Shown here in pieces: positions 50,919-59,742 of a DNA stretch of 64,000 nucleotides. This stretch comes from Candidatus Borrarchaeum weybense (lineage in GTDB: Archaea > Asgardarchaeota > Sifarchaeia > Borrarchaeales > Borrarchaeaceae): contig JAHQJS010000006.1 of the NCBI GenBank assembly GCA_019057385.1, positions 581,038-645,037 on the forward strand. The letters run 5' to 3'. Both the position numbers and the translations under genes were made by a program. The notes beneath the pieces are model-generated. The model worked only from the letters and a program-made list of their open reading frames with translations, was not told where the DNA came from and did no database searches. Every line of letters begins with the position of its first letter. The stretch's first letter is position 1.

Positions 50919-51731
50919 GTGCAATTTATTACAATGACCCCACAACAGTTCTATACATTATGCGGGGTCTTGGTAGGAATACCAACGGTTATTGCGGTAT
51001 TAATTTACCTAAGAATGAAATTTAGGGGAGATCCTCTCCTAATACAGTACAGAAATGAACATGGCTTATGTGAAACCGATTGGACTACCTTAATCGAGTA
51101 CAGTCCAAACGGGAAAAAATTAAAACTCAGACGTGGATGGCGTGTAGTGGAATATTTACTAAGTAGAGGAACTTTAGGTAAATTTCTTGAAGAAGATAAA
51201 TACGGAAATAAGTTCTTGGAAGTTGCTGACATCTACGAAAAAGACGACACAAATATAATTGAGCCGTGGGTGGAAATCAAAAATAAATCATTATTGGCAA
51301 AGAATGAACTCGCGGTGCATAAACTTGAGTCTATTTATTCGAGGGAGATCGCTAATGCCAATCAGGAAATCATGAATGAACGTAAAAAGAGATTAGAGGC
51401 GGGACGGAAATTGACAAAAGAACTAAATGAACAACAAACAATGATCGACAAAGTGAACATTGACTCGATAACAATGCCGAGAAAACTTGTTGCCACATAC
51501 TTAGCTGGAAAAGTAGGGACTGTAGACTTGGAACACATCAAATCGACAGTCGTAGATAAACTCTTGCAGGATACGAAGGGAAGTTTTATAGAAGTCATTG
51601 AGTCATTAGATAAACGCATAGAACTCGTTGGCGTCAGTTTAAAACAGTTCTCAAAACAATTCGTACCTGTCATAAATGCAATGGCGAATAAACTCAATAT
51701 CAAACCTGTAAAAGTAATAGAACAGTCATAA
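50919..51731 (+). CDS. N-terminal TM protein with coiled coil
   Basis: One TM, heptad-rich C-terminal half; SD GGAGG. Confidence 0.7.
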   Translation: MQFITMTPQQFYTLCGVLVGIPTVIAVLIYLRMKFRGDPLLIQYRNEHGLCETDWTTLIEYSPNGKKLKLRRGWRVVEYLLSRGTLGKFLEEDKYGNKFLEVADIYEKDDTNIIEPWVEIKNKSLLAKNELAVHKLESIYSREIANANQEIMNERKKRLEAGRKLTKELNEQQTMIDKVNIDSITMPRKLVATYLAGKVGTVDLEHIKSTVVDKLLQDTKGSFIEVIESLDKRIELVGVSLKQFSKQFVPVINAMANKLNIKPVKVIEQS

Positions 51732-52220
51732 TTAATACTGTAGCTCGAGATTTACTTTTAAATCCCTTATTATTTTTAGATTTTCAAGTGTGTTGTCGTT
51801 AAATTCGTGGATTACCGCTATCTGTTTCGCTCGATTTTTTTCATTCTCTTCTGTAGCAAGTACTTTGAGAATTGCCTCTATTTCTTTCATATTTTTTGCA
51901 ATAACACGGAAATACGGCTTAAGTTCCTTAGAAGCAACACCTTTTACTTGTTCCTCACTACTTACGTAATATTCTAATCGTTTTTTACCTCTTTCAGTTA
52001 TAATGTACTCGTATATCGGTTTCTTGCTTTCTTCAATGTGTTTTTTATCACGATCGACAAGCCCTTGTCTATAGCACCGAAGTAGTATCACACAAACCAA
52101 CTCCCGGTCCTTCCCTAAGGCATCACTTATCACCTTTGATGTGTTGTTTCCTTTACTTACTTCCTTCAATATTCTTTGTTTGACTTCAGAGAAGCCTGTA
52201 AGCGTTTTTGACATATTCAT
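51732..52220 (-). CDS. wHTH regulator with C-terminal coiled coil, divergent from the early arm (candidate repressor)
   Basis: TSKVISDALG..LLRCYRQGLV..YIITERG. Confidence 0.75.
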   Translation of the reverse strand: MNMSKTLTGFSEVKQRILKEVSKGNNTSKVISDALGKDRELVCVILLRCYRQGLVDRDKKHIEESKKPIYEYIITERGKKRLEYYVSSEEQVKGVASKELKPYFRVIAKNMKEIEAILKVLATEENEKNRAKQIAVIHEFNDNTLENLKIIRDLKVNLELQY

Positions 52221-52426
52221 CTCCAGAGAGGGGATTTTAGTTTTTAGATAAGAATATGAGAGTACTGCTATTTAAATTTAACGCTAGCGTTTAAATAAGT
52301 CAATTTGCGGAGAAATTTACCACAAAATATATATAAAAGTAGTGACATTGTTTCTATTAACAAGCTTTGAAGGATGGTGATGTATGGATACGTTAGTAGC
52401 TAAGTCGCTGTGTTCAATCGGGCGCG

Positions 52427-52450
52427 TAGTCGCATAGTCGCATAGTCGCG
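52427..52450 (+). repeat. (TAGTCGCA)x3 iteron-like repeat
   Basis: Three tandem 8-mers; repeated at 53062-53085 and, degenerate, at 58646-58669. Confidence 0.85.
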
Positions 52451-52645
52451 CAGTTTTTGGACGCACCCACCCCACCAAATAGGACGGGCAAGAGCTATTC
52501 TACTTGTTAAAGACAACGTCAATTGATGGAGCTTATACCATCAACTCAACTCCTGGAGAGCCAACTTATACTTGGGGGGTCACACCCCCCGAGCTCCACC
52601 CTTAAAAAATTCACTTTTGTATATGGAGCTCATGCTCAGGAGTTT

Positions 52646-52966
52646 ATGAAATTGTATTTGTGTTCTAAATGTGGAACAACTCGCCACACACCCAATTTAT
52701 TTGAAGGTAAACCATACTGTCGTAAGTGTTACAAAAAAGTGATTCAGAAGCCAAAAGGTTGTTCTATCCCTTTAGGGATACCCCCTAAAAATAGAGGTAA
52801 CTATCGAAAAAGTCAGGGTTTACGTAAAAGAAGAATCTGGCGAGTAGTCAGAAATCAATCTGGTGAGATTATAGAAGAAGAGAGAATACCAAACCGCAAA
52901 GGACGTTTTAACCGTCATATCTCTCTAAATATGAAGGATAAACTCACCCCTCAACCCAATCATTAA
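52646..52966 (+). CDS. Basic Zn-finger protein
   Basis: CSKC..CRKC; ATG 52646 follows a GGAGCT leader and SD GGAG. Confidence 0.7.
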   Translation: MKLYLCSKCGTTRHTPNLFEGKPYCRKCYKKVIQKPKGCSIPLGIPPKNRGNYRKSQGLRKRRIWRVVRNQSGEIIEEERIPNRKGRFNRHISLNMKDKLTPQPNH

Positions 52967-53002
52967 TCTTTTTTTTGTGGAGCTTGGCTCTAAGGTGGCT
53001 AA

Positions 53003-53080
53003 ATGAACCAAAGAGTAATTCTTGAGACCTTACTGAATTTCATTACTCTTGTTGTGGCTATTAGTCGCATAGTCGCATAG
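53003..53080 (+). CDS. 25-aa hydrophobic peptide
   Basis: MNQRVILETLLNFITLVVAISRIVA*; leader identical to that of 55392. Confidence 0.45.
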   Translation: MNQRVILETLLNFITLVVAISRIVA

Positions 53081-53085
53081 TCGCA
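53062..53085 (+). repeat. (TAGTCGCA)x3 perfect repeat
   Basis: Direct reading. Confidence 0.85.
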
Positions 53086-53302
53086 CAAAAAGGAGAGATA
53101 CACCTTGCAAGACAAATTTAATAAGAAAAACGTAACTCTCCGCCTTGTCTTGTGGTATTTTGCAATACACCAAGACGCGAGACTACTAAACTTTGTGGTC
53201 GCGGCGTAATTTGTTCAAGACTACTTAAGTACTTAGGTACATAGGTATCGTCATACCTAAGTAGTCCTCTTTTTTGGAGCTCTAAGGCTCTGGAGTGAAA
53301 TT

Positions 53303-55045
53303 ATGACTGAAGCAATAGAAGAAGCCACAAATCCTGAAAAGGAATGGCTAAAAACTTTAGTTCGAGCGGATTTTGAAAAAACTAAAGAGGATGAAGAACT
53401 TAAACTAAAACCCATAACCTCAGGGATACAATCACTAATCCTTGAATTCTACCAGCGGTTATCCTCGACAGATACACCAGACGAATTCGATCAGTTTTAC
53501 AGTGAAAGACTGAAACAGTATAAAGCAATGCATTTGTTCATCAGTTTCCTTAATGAATATGCGGTTAAATTGGGGTTATCTCCCCGACCAACGGCACCAG
53601 AGTTTTACAGGAATTCACAAGAAGTAGAAAAGTATCTCTTTGAGATTACTGAAGCTACTCTCGGAGAACCACAGACACTTAAAACCTTGCAAGATCAGAT
53701 CAGTGCAAAATATCCCGATCTACTCAGTCAAATCATTAAAAATGAAATTGACAAAACGAACGGGAAATATGAAGATTTTGTCAACAACGAAATGACAGAG
53801 ATTGAGGAGAAAATTGATTTAGGGGTCGAAATAGAACTTGATCCCGTCATCAGTAAACAATTGCAATTAATCGAGGAATCTAAGGGAAAAATTCAGCAAA
53901 TTTCAGCAGAATTAAACAAGATGATTATTCTCGGTGAAACGGTATGGGAATATCTCATCTATGCAATGGTGAGCCCGCACTGCCCACCCTTTTACATCAA
54001 TGGTCTTAAAAAACGTGCTAATTTGCACGTACTTCTGGTGGGCGATATTTCTACAGCAAAGTCAGAAATCATCGACGTTACTGATGAAATAGCCTTTAAG
54101 AGTTTTAAAATAGACGATAGCACACGCGCCGCTATGGAAGGAAAATATACTACTGAAGGAATCGAAGCTGGGGTTATCGACCATGCTAACAATGGCTTGC
54201 TCTGTATTCACGAATTCGATAAAGCCTTGAAGGAGTTTAAATTACTCCGAAGGTGTCTCGATTGCAGAGATTTTACAATTGCGAAAGGCGAGCACATGAA
54301 AATCACTAACATCAACATGACACTTTTCTGTGGAGCCAACCCAACCGATGATTTTTTCCATAAAGAATGTTATCGGGATCAGATCCCCTTTTCAGAGGGG
54401 CTTCTGAGCAGGTTTGATATAACATTGCCCCTCCAATCTACCCCACTACGTAATAACCTCATGCTTGATCGTTTAGACCTCTTTTCCGAAGATAAAATCG
54501 TTGATATTACAAAAACCAAAGAAATCTTAGCAACTTTAATTCATGGCATACAGAAACTCAAAGGCGTTAAAATCGAACAAGAACACCAAAAAATGATAAA
54601 AGAAGTCTTTCGTCTGTATAACATTCGTTTACCACGCCGCCCCTTTGTAATCCTTCGAGACCTCGAAACCATTGCCCGATTTGTCAATGTAATAGCGTCT
54701 GCCAACTTTTATAATAGACAGGTAAAAGACGGCTACGTGTATGCTATAAAAGAGGACATTGAGAAAGCAATTTCCCTATGGGAGGACTTAATGCACCGCC
54801 GCCGACAACTGTACGAAGAAACAGGCGCAAAGAAAGAATTGACAAGCATTGATGACATAATCAAGAAAGAAATCATCATGCACGGTAAAGACCACATTAA
54901 AAGTACGGATCTTTATGAGATAATCGTGGAAAAACTCCATATATGTCACAAAGCGACCTTCTATAGAGCACTAAATCGCATGGAAGCGCAGGGAAAAATA
55001 CAACGTAAAGGCAGGAAAAACGCAACAATCATCCTCAACTCCTAA
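53303..55045 (+). CDS. Divergent MCM-family helicase with non-canonical N-terminus and C-terminal wHTH
   Basis: HVLLVGDISTAKS, EAGVIDHANNGLLCIHEFDK, GANP, LLSRFD and RDLE. Confidence 0.85.
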   Translation: MTEAIEEATNPEKEWLKTLVRADFEKTKEDEELKLKPITSGIQSLILEFYQRLSSTDTPDEFDQFYSERLKQYKAMHLFISFLNEYAVKLGLSPRPTAPEFYRNSQEVEKYLFEITEATLGEPQTLKTLQDQISAKYPDLLSQIIKNEIDKTNGKYEDFVNNEMTEIEEKIDLGVEIELDPVISKQLQLIEESKGKIQQISAELNKMIILGETVWEYLIYAMVSPHCPPFYINGLKKRANLHVLLVGDISTAKSEIIDVTDEIAFKSFKIDDSTRAAMEGKYTTEGIEAGVIDHANNGLLCIHEFDKALKEFKLLRRCLDCRDFTIAKGEHMKITNINMTLFCGANPTDDFFHKECYRDQIPFSEGLLSRFDITLPLQSTPLRNNLMLDRLDLFSEDKIVDITKTKEILATLIHGIQKLKGVKIEQEHQKMIKEVFRLYNIRLPRRPFVILRDLETIARFVNVIASANFYNRQVKDGYVYAIKEDIEKAISLWEDLMHRRRQLYEETGAKKELTSIDDIIKKEIIMHGKDHIKSTDLYEIIVEKLHICHKATFYRALNRMEAQGKIQRKGRKNATIILNS

Positions 55046-55140
55046 TTTTTTTCTCATTACTTAAGTACTTGTAAATGGAGCTTACTTCCAGGAGTAATAT
55101 TTTTAACATAGTCACTACAAAAGTATATACGGTGTTTATA

Positions 55141-55356
55141 TTGATCGAAAAAAAGAAAGTTTATAGATCAGGCAACTCAAAAGCCGTCCTCATACCCGCC
55201 TCTACATTTAAAGCGATGGAGAAACCCGATAAGGTATCAGTTGCTTTTAACGAGGTTATGATAGTTTTTAATGAGGATATGGACATTGAGATGATTAAAT
55301 CTGACATCTTAAACCTTCTCAAGTCAATAGAACTGCGTTATGGGAAGGTTACATAA
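55141..55356 (+). CDS. AbrB/MazE-like DNA-binding protein
   Basis: KKVYRSGNSKAVLIPA; TTG start after GGTG. Confidence 0.7.
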   Translation: MIEKKKVYRSGNSKAVLIPASTFKAMEKPDKVSVAFNEVMIVFNEDMDIEMIKSDILNLLKSIELRYGKVT

Positions 55357-55391
55357 TTCTTTTTTGTGGAGCTTGGCTCTAAGGTGGATTT

Positions 55392-55646
55392 ATGGTAATT
55401 AAAGGCGAAGCGCAAACCATGCACCAAGCATGGCAAAAAGCCTTTGTGAATCTCGAAGAAACTATTAAAGAACGAGAAGTCGAACTTAAAAGACTACAAA
55501 CGGCTAAAAAAGAATGTCAGAAAAAACTCACAAAGGCGAATAAACAAACGGTTCTTGAACTAATTGAGACACGAATTGATTACTTACAGAAAAAACTCGA
55601 AAGCGAGAGAAGTATGCTCAATAGTTTAGAACCTTACAACTCTTAA
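55392..55646 (+). CDS. Coiled-coil hypothetical protein
   Basis: 84 aa with heptads; conserved leader. Confidence 0.7.
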   Translation: MVIKGEAQTMHQAWQKAFVNLEETIKEREVELKRLQTAKKECQKKLTKANKQTVLELIETRIDYLQKKLESERSMLNSLEPYNS

Positions 55647-55692
55647 CCTTTTTTTCCCTTCTTGTGGAGCTATAAGGCTCTGGAGTGAAAAC

Positions 55693-56184
55693 ATGACCTT
55701 AGAATACAAAGGGTTTTTTAAAAACGTAAACTACGAACCCGAAAAGGGAGATTGGATCGAGGTTTTTGCAAGCGATTGGAACAAAGACTATTGGGCATTC
55801 TACGCATACATTCCATTCGAGAACTATGAACAAGGAATTCAAGTGATCAATGACTTGATCGGCGAATTGAATTGGCGAGACGGGGACGTATATATTGAGT
55901 TAATTAATATGAGTCCTGGTCTTGAAAAATTGTATAACAAACTCTACGATGACGGCTATTTTGCTCATTGGTCGGCTCTTAATCCCGACAAATGGCGCGA
56001 ATATTTAGAGGAAATCGAAGAGGAAGAAGCCGAAGAATTTTCCGACTTCAAAGATCAATATTTTAGGAAAAACTGTCAAACAAAATCAATTGAAGAGTGC
56101 GATGAAACGTCTTGCAATGAATCTTGTATAGATGAATGGGCGTATCCTCAACGACCAGATCCATCCCTGTATTACGACCAATAA
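55693..56184 (+). CDS. Acidic hypothetical protein
   Basis: Very D/E/W/Y-rich; conserved leader. Confidence 0.75.
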   Translation: MTLEYKGFFKNVNYEPEKGDWIEVFASDWNKDYWAFYAYIPFENYEQGIQVINDLIGELNWRDGDVYIELINMSPGLEKLYNKLYDDGYFAHWSALNPDKWREYLEEIEEEEAEEFSDFKDQYFRKNCQTKSIEECDETSCNESCIDEWAYPQRPDPSLYYDQ

Positions 56185-56238
56185 ATCTCCACCTTTTTTT
56201 TCTTTCATGGAGCTAACAAAGGCTCAGGAGTGTTTACT

Positions 56239-56619
56239 ATGAATGTCGAAATCAATTCTTTCGCGGATCTTATATACGTCCTATCTGAATTCGCAAAAGT
56301 TGATAAAAACTACGAATGGCACGTCAGTGAAGACGATGAACGTGTGTATTTAACACATTTCAGATGTGAAACTTCAGAAGCACCAGAATATTTTGTAAAT
56401 GACAGGAAACAAGACTTCAAAAAGTTGTGGGACACCGCATATCAGTACACCTTACGGTGTGCGACTTCTAAGGAAGAACCGAGTTTTGAGGCTCTTTGTA
56501 ATGCGATAAAGAAACAGAACATCGAAATCAGAACGTCGACGGATGAGGAACGGCTTTCCTATGTAGATCGAATCACTGAAATGGACGCTAATATGGAAGA
56601 AGAACTTGCTATGGAGTGA
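56239..56619 (+). CDS. Acidic hypothetical protein
   Basis: ATG 56239 after leader GGAGTG. Confidence 0.7.
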   Translation: MNVEINSFADLIYVLSEFAKVDKNYEWHVSEDDERVYLTHFRCETSEAPEYFVNDRKQDFKKLWDTAYQYTLRCATSKEEPSFEALCNAIKKQNIEIRTSTDEERLSYVDRITEMDANMEEELAME

Positions 56620-56641
56620 AGATCAGAATTAGGGTGTTTAC

Positions 56642-56776
56642 ATGACAGAAGAACGCGAATTTAGTGTATTTGTCATCTTAAGAAAGATGGCGACAGACCG
56701 CCAAGACGCTTTAGATAAAGTAGATCAGGACATACTCGATAAAGATTTCGAAATTTACGATGTCATTGAATCTTAA
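56642..56776 (+). CDS. 44-aa acidic microprotein (not in ORF track)
   Basis: GGGTG SD; MTEEREFSVFVILRKMATDRQDALDKVD..IES*. Confidence 0.55.
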   Translation: MTEEREFSVFVILRKMATDRQDALDKVDQDILDKDFEIYDVIES

Positions 56777-56869
56777 ACGAGACTACTTAGGTAATTAGGT
56801 ACTTAGGTAATTCCAAACATCTCCTATTTTTTTATGTGTGGAGCTTCAAAAGGCTCTGGAGTGAACAAT

Positions 56870-57814
56870 ATGGTACAAATCAAATTTGATAGTGCAAAAC
56901 TTTGGTCTTCTCTTGTGAAGGGTGTAAATGCTCTCATAAAAGAAGCCGAATTTGAGACCACTAAAGAAGGACTACATCTTCGAGCAATTGATGACGCGCA
57001 CATTGCCATGATCGACTTGGACATACCAAGCGATTCTATGAAAGAATACTCTTTTACTCTTCATGACAAAGAGGCAGACTTCGCGAAATTCGGCATAAAT
57101 ATTACTGAAATGGCTACAATAATGCGACGTATCCCCATTGGAGAAAAATTGACGCTGACATTGGATTCACAAAAAAGCAAATTTCATGTCGTAGCAGACT
57201 CTTTATACACAAAACGACGATTTTCAATTCCTCTCCTAGGTTCAACTTCCGCTGAAGACATTCCTGTACCGAAGATAGACTTTACAACAAAAATCAAACT
57301 TAAAGCAAAGTACCTCAAAGAGGCAATTAAAGACGCCGCTGTGATGGGTGACTATTTAAAACTCAAGACGACTGCCGATAAATTTTCTTTATGGGCAGAA
57401 GGCGATACAGGAAACGTCAGCATAGACTATGAATATGGAGAATCAATCTCTCTTGAGAAACGCGGTGACGCTGTTGGAATTTATGCTTTAAAGTACTTAG
57501 ACGATATGACCGATCCTATCCCTGGCGAATCTGAGGTAAGTATTGAGTTCTCAAATGATATGCCTCTGAAACTTACGTGGATGTTAAACGGCTCAAAACT
57601 AGATTACTACTTAGCTCCACGTATTCCACCCTCGGATGAAGAACCACCAAAAAAAGAGGAAAAGGAACAAGAAAAAACTAAGGATGACACAGAAGAGGAA
57701 AAAGAAACGCACGAAGAAACTAAGGAATTCCCTTGTGACGAGTGCGGAAAGACCTTTACTAGCCAAAGAGGACTTAACACACACATGCGCGTACATAAAG
57801 ACTCTGATGAATAG
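56870..57814 (+). CDS. pcn: PCNA sliding clamp fused to an acidic linker and a classical C2H2 zinc finger
   Basis: LRAIDDAHIAMIDL, YALKYL, EFSNDMPLKL and YYLAPRI; tail FPCDECGKTFTSQRGLNTHMRVH. Confidence 0.9.
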   Translation: MVQIKFDSAKLWSSLVKGVNALIKEAEFETTKEGLHLRAIDDAHIAMIDLDIPSDSMKEYSFTLHDKEADFAKFGINITEMATIMRRIPIGEKLTLTLDSQKSKFHVVADSLYTKRRFSIPLLGSTSAEDIPVPKIDFTTKIKLKAKYLKEAIKDAAVMGDYLKLKTTADKFSLWAEGDTGNVSIDYEYGESISLEKRGDAVGIYALKYLDDMTDPIPGESEVSIEFSNDMPLKLTWMLNGSKLDYYLAPRIPPSDEEPPKKEEKEQEKTKDDTEEEKETHEETKEFPCDECGKTFTSQRGLNTHMRVHKDSDE

Positions 57815-57883
57815 TCCTTCCTCTATTTTTTCTCGTTACTTAAGTAATTTTTTAAGGAGCTTCTGACTCCAGGGTGTATTTAC

Positions 57884-58168
57884 ATGAACGGATGGAAAAA
57901 AATATGGGATACCGAAGAAAAAGGACTCTACAAAGACAATTCTTTCTCGTTCGTTGATTTTGAGAAAGAGGACTTATATCTATTGATACAAAAGTCTGGT
58001 CCGAGTGGTTGGTATCTTTATTTATTTGAACACGGTAGCCCAAGAACTGTTGGATGGGCTACTACAAAAGAAAAAGCCTTAGAGATAGCTAAGTTTATGA
58101 TGGAAACAGATAATTTCCCACCAGCACATAAGTACTTCAATGCGGATCTTGAACTTTGTAAGTCCTAA
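57884..58168 (+). CDS. Hypothetical protein
   Basis: 94 aa, TKEKALEIAKFMM motif; conserved leader. Confidence 0.7.
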   Translation: MNGWKKIWDTEEKGLYKDNSFSFVDFEKEDLYLLIQKSGPSGWYLYLFEHGSPRTVGWATTKEKALEIAKFMMETDNFPPAHKYFNADLELCKS

Positions 58169-58231
58169 CATCCTTTTTTTCTAATTCTGTCTGCAAAGTG
58201 CTGCAGGGGCTCAAACCTCCAGGATCAGAAT

Positions 58232-58319
58232 TTGTTATTACAATTCAGGCCCTTACTTTCATTTTGTTATCACATTTGTAATAACATTCTACACCCGGCA
58301 ACTTATTTTGTGATGACAA
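58232..58319 (+). promoter_or_regulatory. Operator array B: four TTGTnATnACAA palindromes upstream of a TATA box
   Basis: Boxes at 58232, 58264, 58276 and 58308; AAAATATATAA at 58344. Confidence 0.75.
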
Positions 58320-58377
58320 ATTATAACCTAATAACTGAGACACAAAATATATAATTGAGTTCTTATAATGTAGTTCA

Positions 58378-58622
58378 TGAGACACACACGAAATACATCT
58401 ACAAGGTCGCACCCTTGCTGACCTATTATGTCTCAGAAAAGGAAGGGTCTCCTGCCGCGGGAGTTTGAAACGTCACTCACTTCCCTCCGTGAGTAAGCGG
58501 GCGTGGTCACGACTCGAAATGTGGGTAAAAGTCGTGTAGTGAAGTCAGTGAAACAGAAAACTCATAAAAAGAAAAAACCCTCCTGAGGTAGAAGAACGGG
58601 GGTTCGATTCCCCCAAGCTCCT
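58378..58622 (+). ncRNA. Structured ncRNA ending in a tRNA/tmRNA-like acceptor plus T-arm domain
   Basis: GGAGTTT(58460)/AAGCTCC(58615) 7-bp stem; GGGGG-TTCGATT-CCCCC T-arm (58598-58614); internal hairpins; no long ORF. Confidence 0.65.
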
Positions 58623-58748
58623 CCCTCAAAAATTAAAGACTAGCGTAGCCGCATAGTCATATAGTCGCAAATATTATTTATACGTGGAGCTTAATAAATT
58701 TAATGGAACGGGAGTTTTTACTTCAGAACTACTTAGGTAGTGCGAAAT

Positions 58749-59690
58749 ATGTCCTTAGTGCACTTTTTGCAGAAAAACCCTGACTACCTCTCAGGTGTCA
58801 GAAGAATCCTCGAATATGAAGAGGACCATAAAGACGATCAGTATTTCAAGGACTTAGGGTGGTCTTGGGATGATATTAGACTTTCAGGACCACACTTGAA
58901 TCAGTTAGTTTTGGCGGGAATAATTCAAATTGTGTATAAATCCCGCAAGAATCGCGGCTATTTGTTAGTAGATCGAGAAAAAACAAAGAAAGAGATCGAA
59001 CTATACGAAGCACAATTAAATTATAGTCCAGAGACAGACGAAGAGATTGAATTCTCAGAATCTATCTTTGATGACATTATAGGCTATAACGATGTGAAAA
59101 AACTCTTTAAACGGGCGTTGCGGAGTGAAGAACCGATACATATCCTCATGATTGGACCACCCGCCAGCGCAAAGAGTATGTTTCTTTTTTGTCTTGCACG
59201 TTTAGATGGGGCTCATTATTCTCTTGGCTCATCGAGTACCAAAAGCGGATTATCTGATTTTCTTATTGAGTATTCTCCGCGCATATTATTGATCGACGAG
59301 TTGGACAAAATGAACACACCTGACTACTCCGTACTGCTCTCCTTATGTGAGAGTGGACTTGTGGGAGAAACAAAATACAAGAGAGTACGAAGTGTTCAGT
59401 TGAAATGTTCTGTATTCGCGGCTGCCAATGATGACAAAAAAATTCCGCGAGAAGTTAAAAGTCGATTTATTGCACTTCGATTTAAGGAGTATTCAAAAGC
59501 AGATTTTATAGAAACTGCCGTAAAACTTCTTATGCGGGAAGGAAAAGACCATGACTTAGCCACCTATATCGCTGAAAAAGTATGGCACTTTAAAAACCGC
59601 GATATAAGAGACTGCATACAGATAAGCCGCTTAGGAGATACACAAGAAGAGATCGACTCAACCCTGAAAACACTTCAGAAGTATTCGTGA
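58749..59690 (+). CDS. wHTH plus AAA+ ATPase (MCM/RuvB-like, typical of archaeal integrative elements)
   Basis: HILMIGPPASAKS, LIDELDK, AAAN, SRF and DIRD. Confidence 0.85.
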   Translation: MSLVHFLQKNPDYLSGVRRILEYEEDHKDDQYFKDLGWSWDDIRLSGPHLNQLVLAGIIQIVYKSRKNRGYLLVDREKTKKEIELYEAQLNYSPETDEEIEFSESIFDDIIGYNDVKKLFKRALRSEEPIHILMIGPPASAKSMFLFCLARLDGAHYSLGSSSTKSGLSDFLIEYSPRILLIDELDKMNTPDYSVLLSLCESGLVGETKYKRVRSVQLKCSVFAAANDDKKIPREVKSRFIALRFKEYSKADFIETAVKLLMREGKDHDLATYIAEKVWHFKNRDIRDCIQISRLGDTQEEIDSTLKTLQKYS

Positions 59691-59742
59691 GTACCTAAGT
59701 ACTCATGTTTGTTTTATTTTTTCTTTTCATGGAGCTTCAATC

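Noticed and set aside
58436-58562. RNase P RNA or hammerhead ribozyme (GGAAG, GAAAC, CAGAAA words)
   Set aside because: Conserved elements are not in the required order or pairing context
58460-58622. Canonical tRNA-Ser(CGA) or tmRNA
   Set aside because: No recognisable D-arm, oversize inserts without clear BHB motifs; too short for tmRNA and no tag ORF or smpB seen
58598-58622. att site (duplicated tRNA 3' end)
   Set aside because: A matching 5' acceptor strand and its own promoter are present, element motifs continue on both sides, and no integrase is adjacent; not fully excluded
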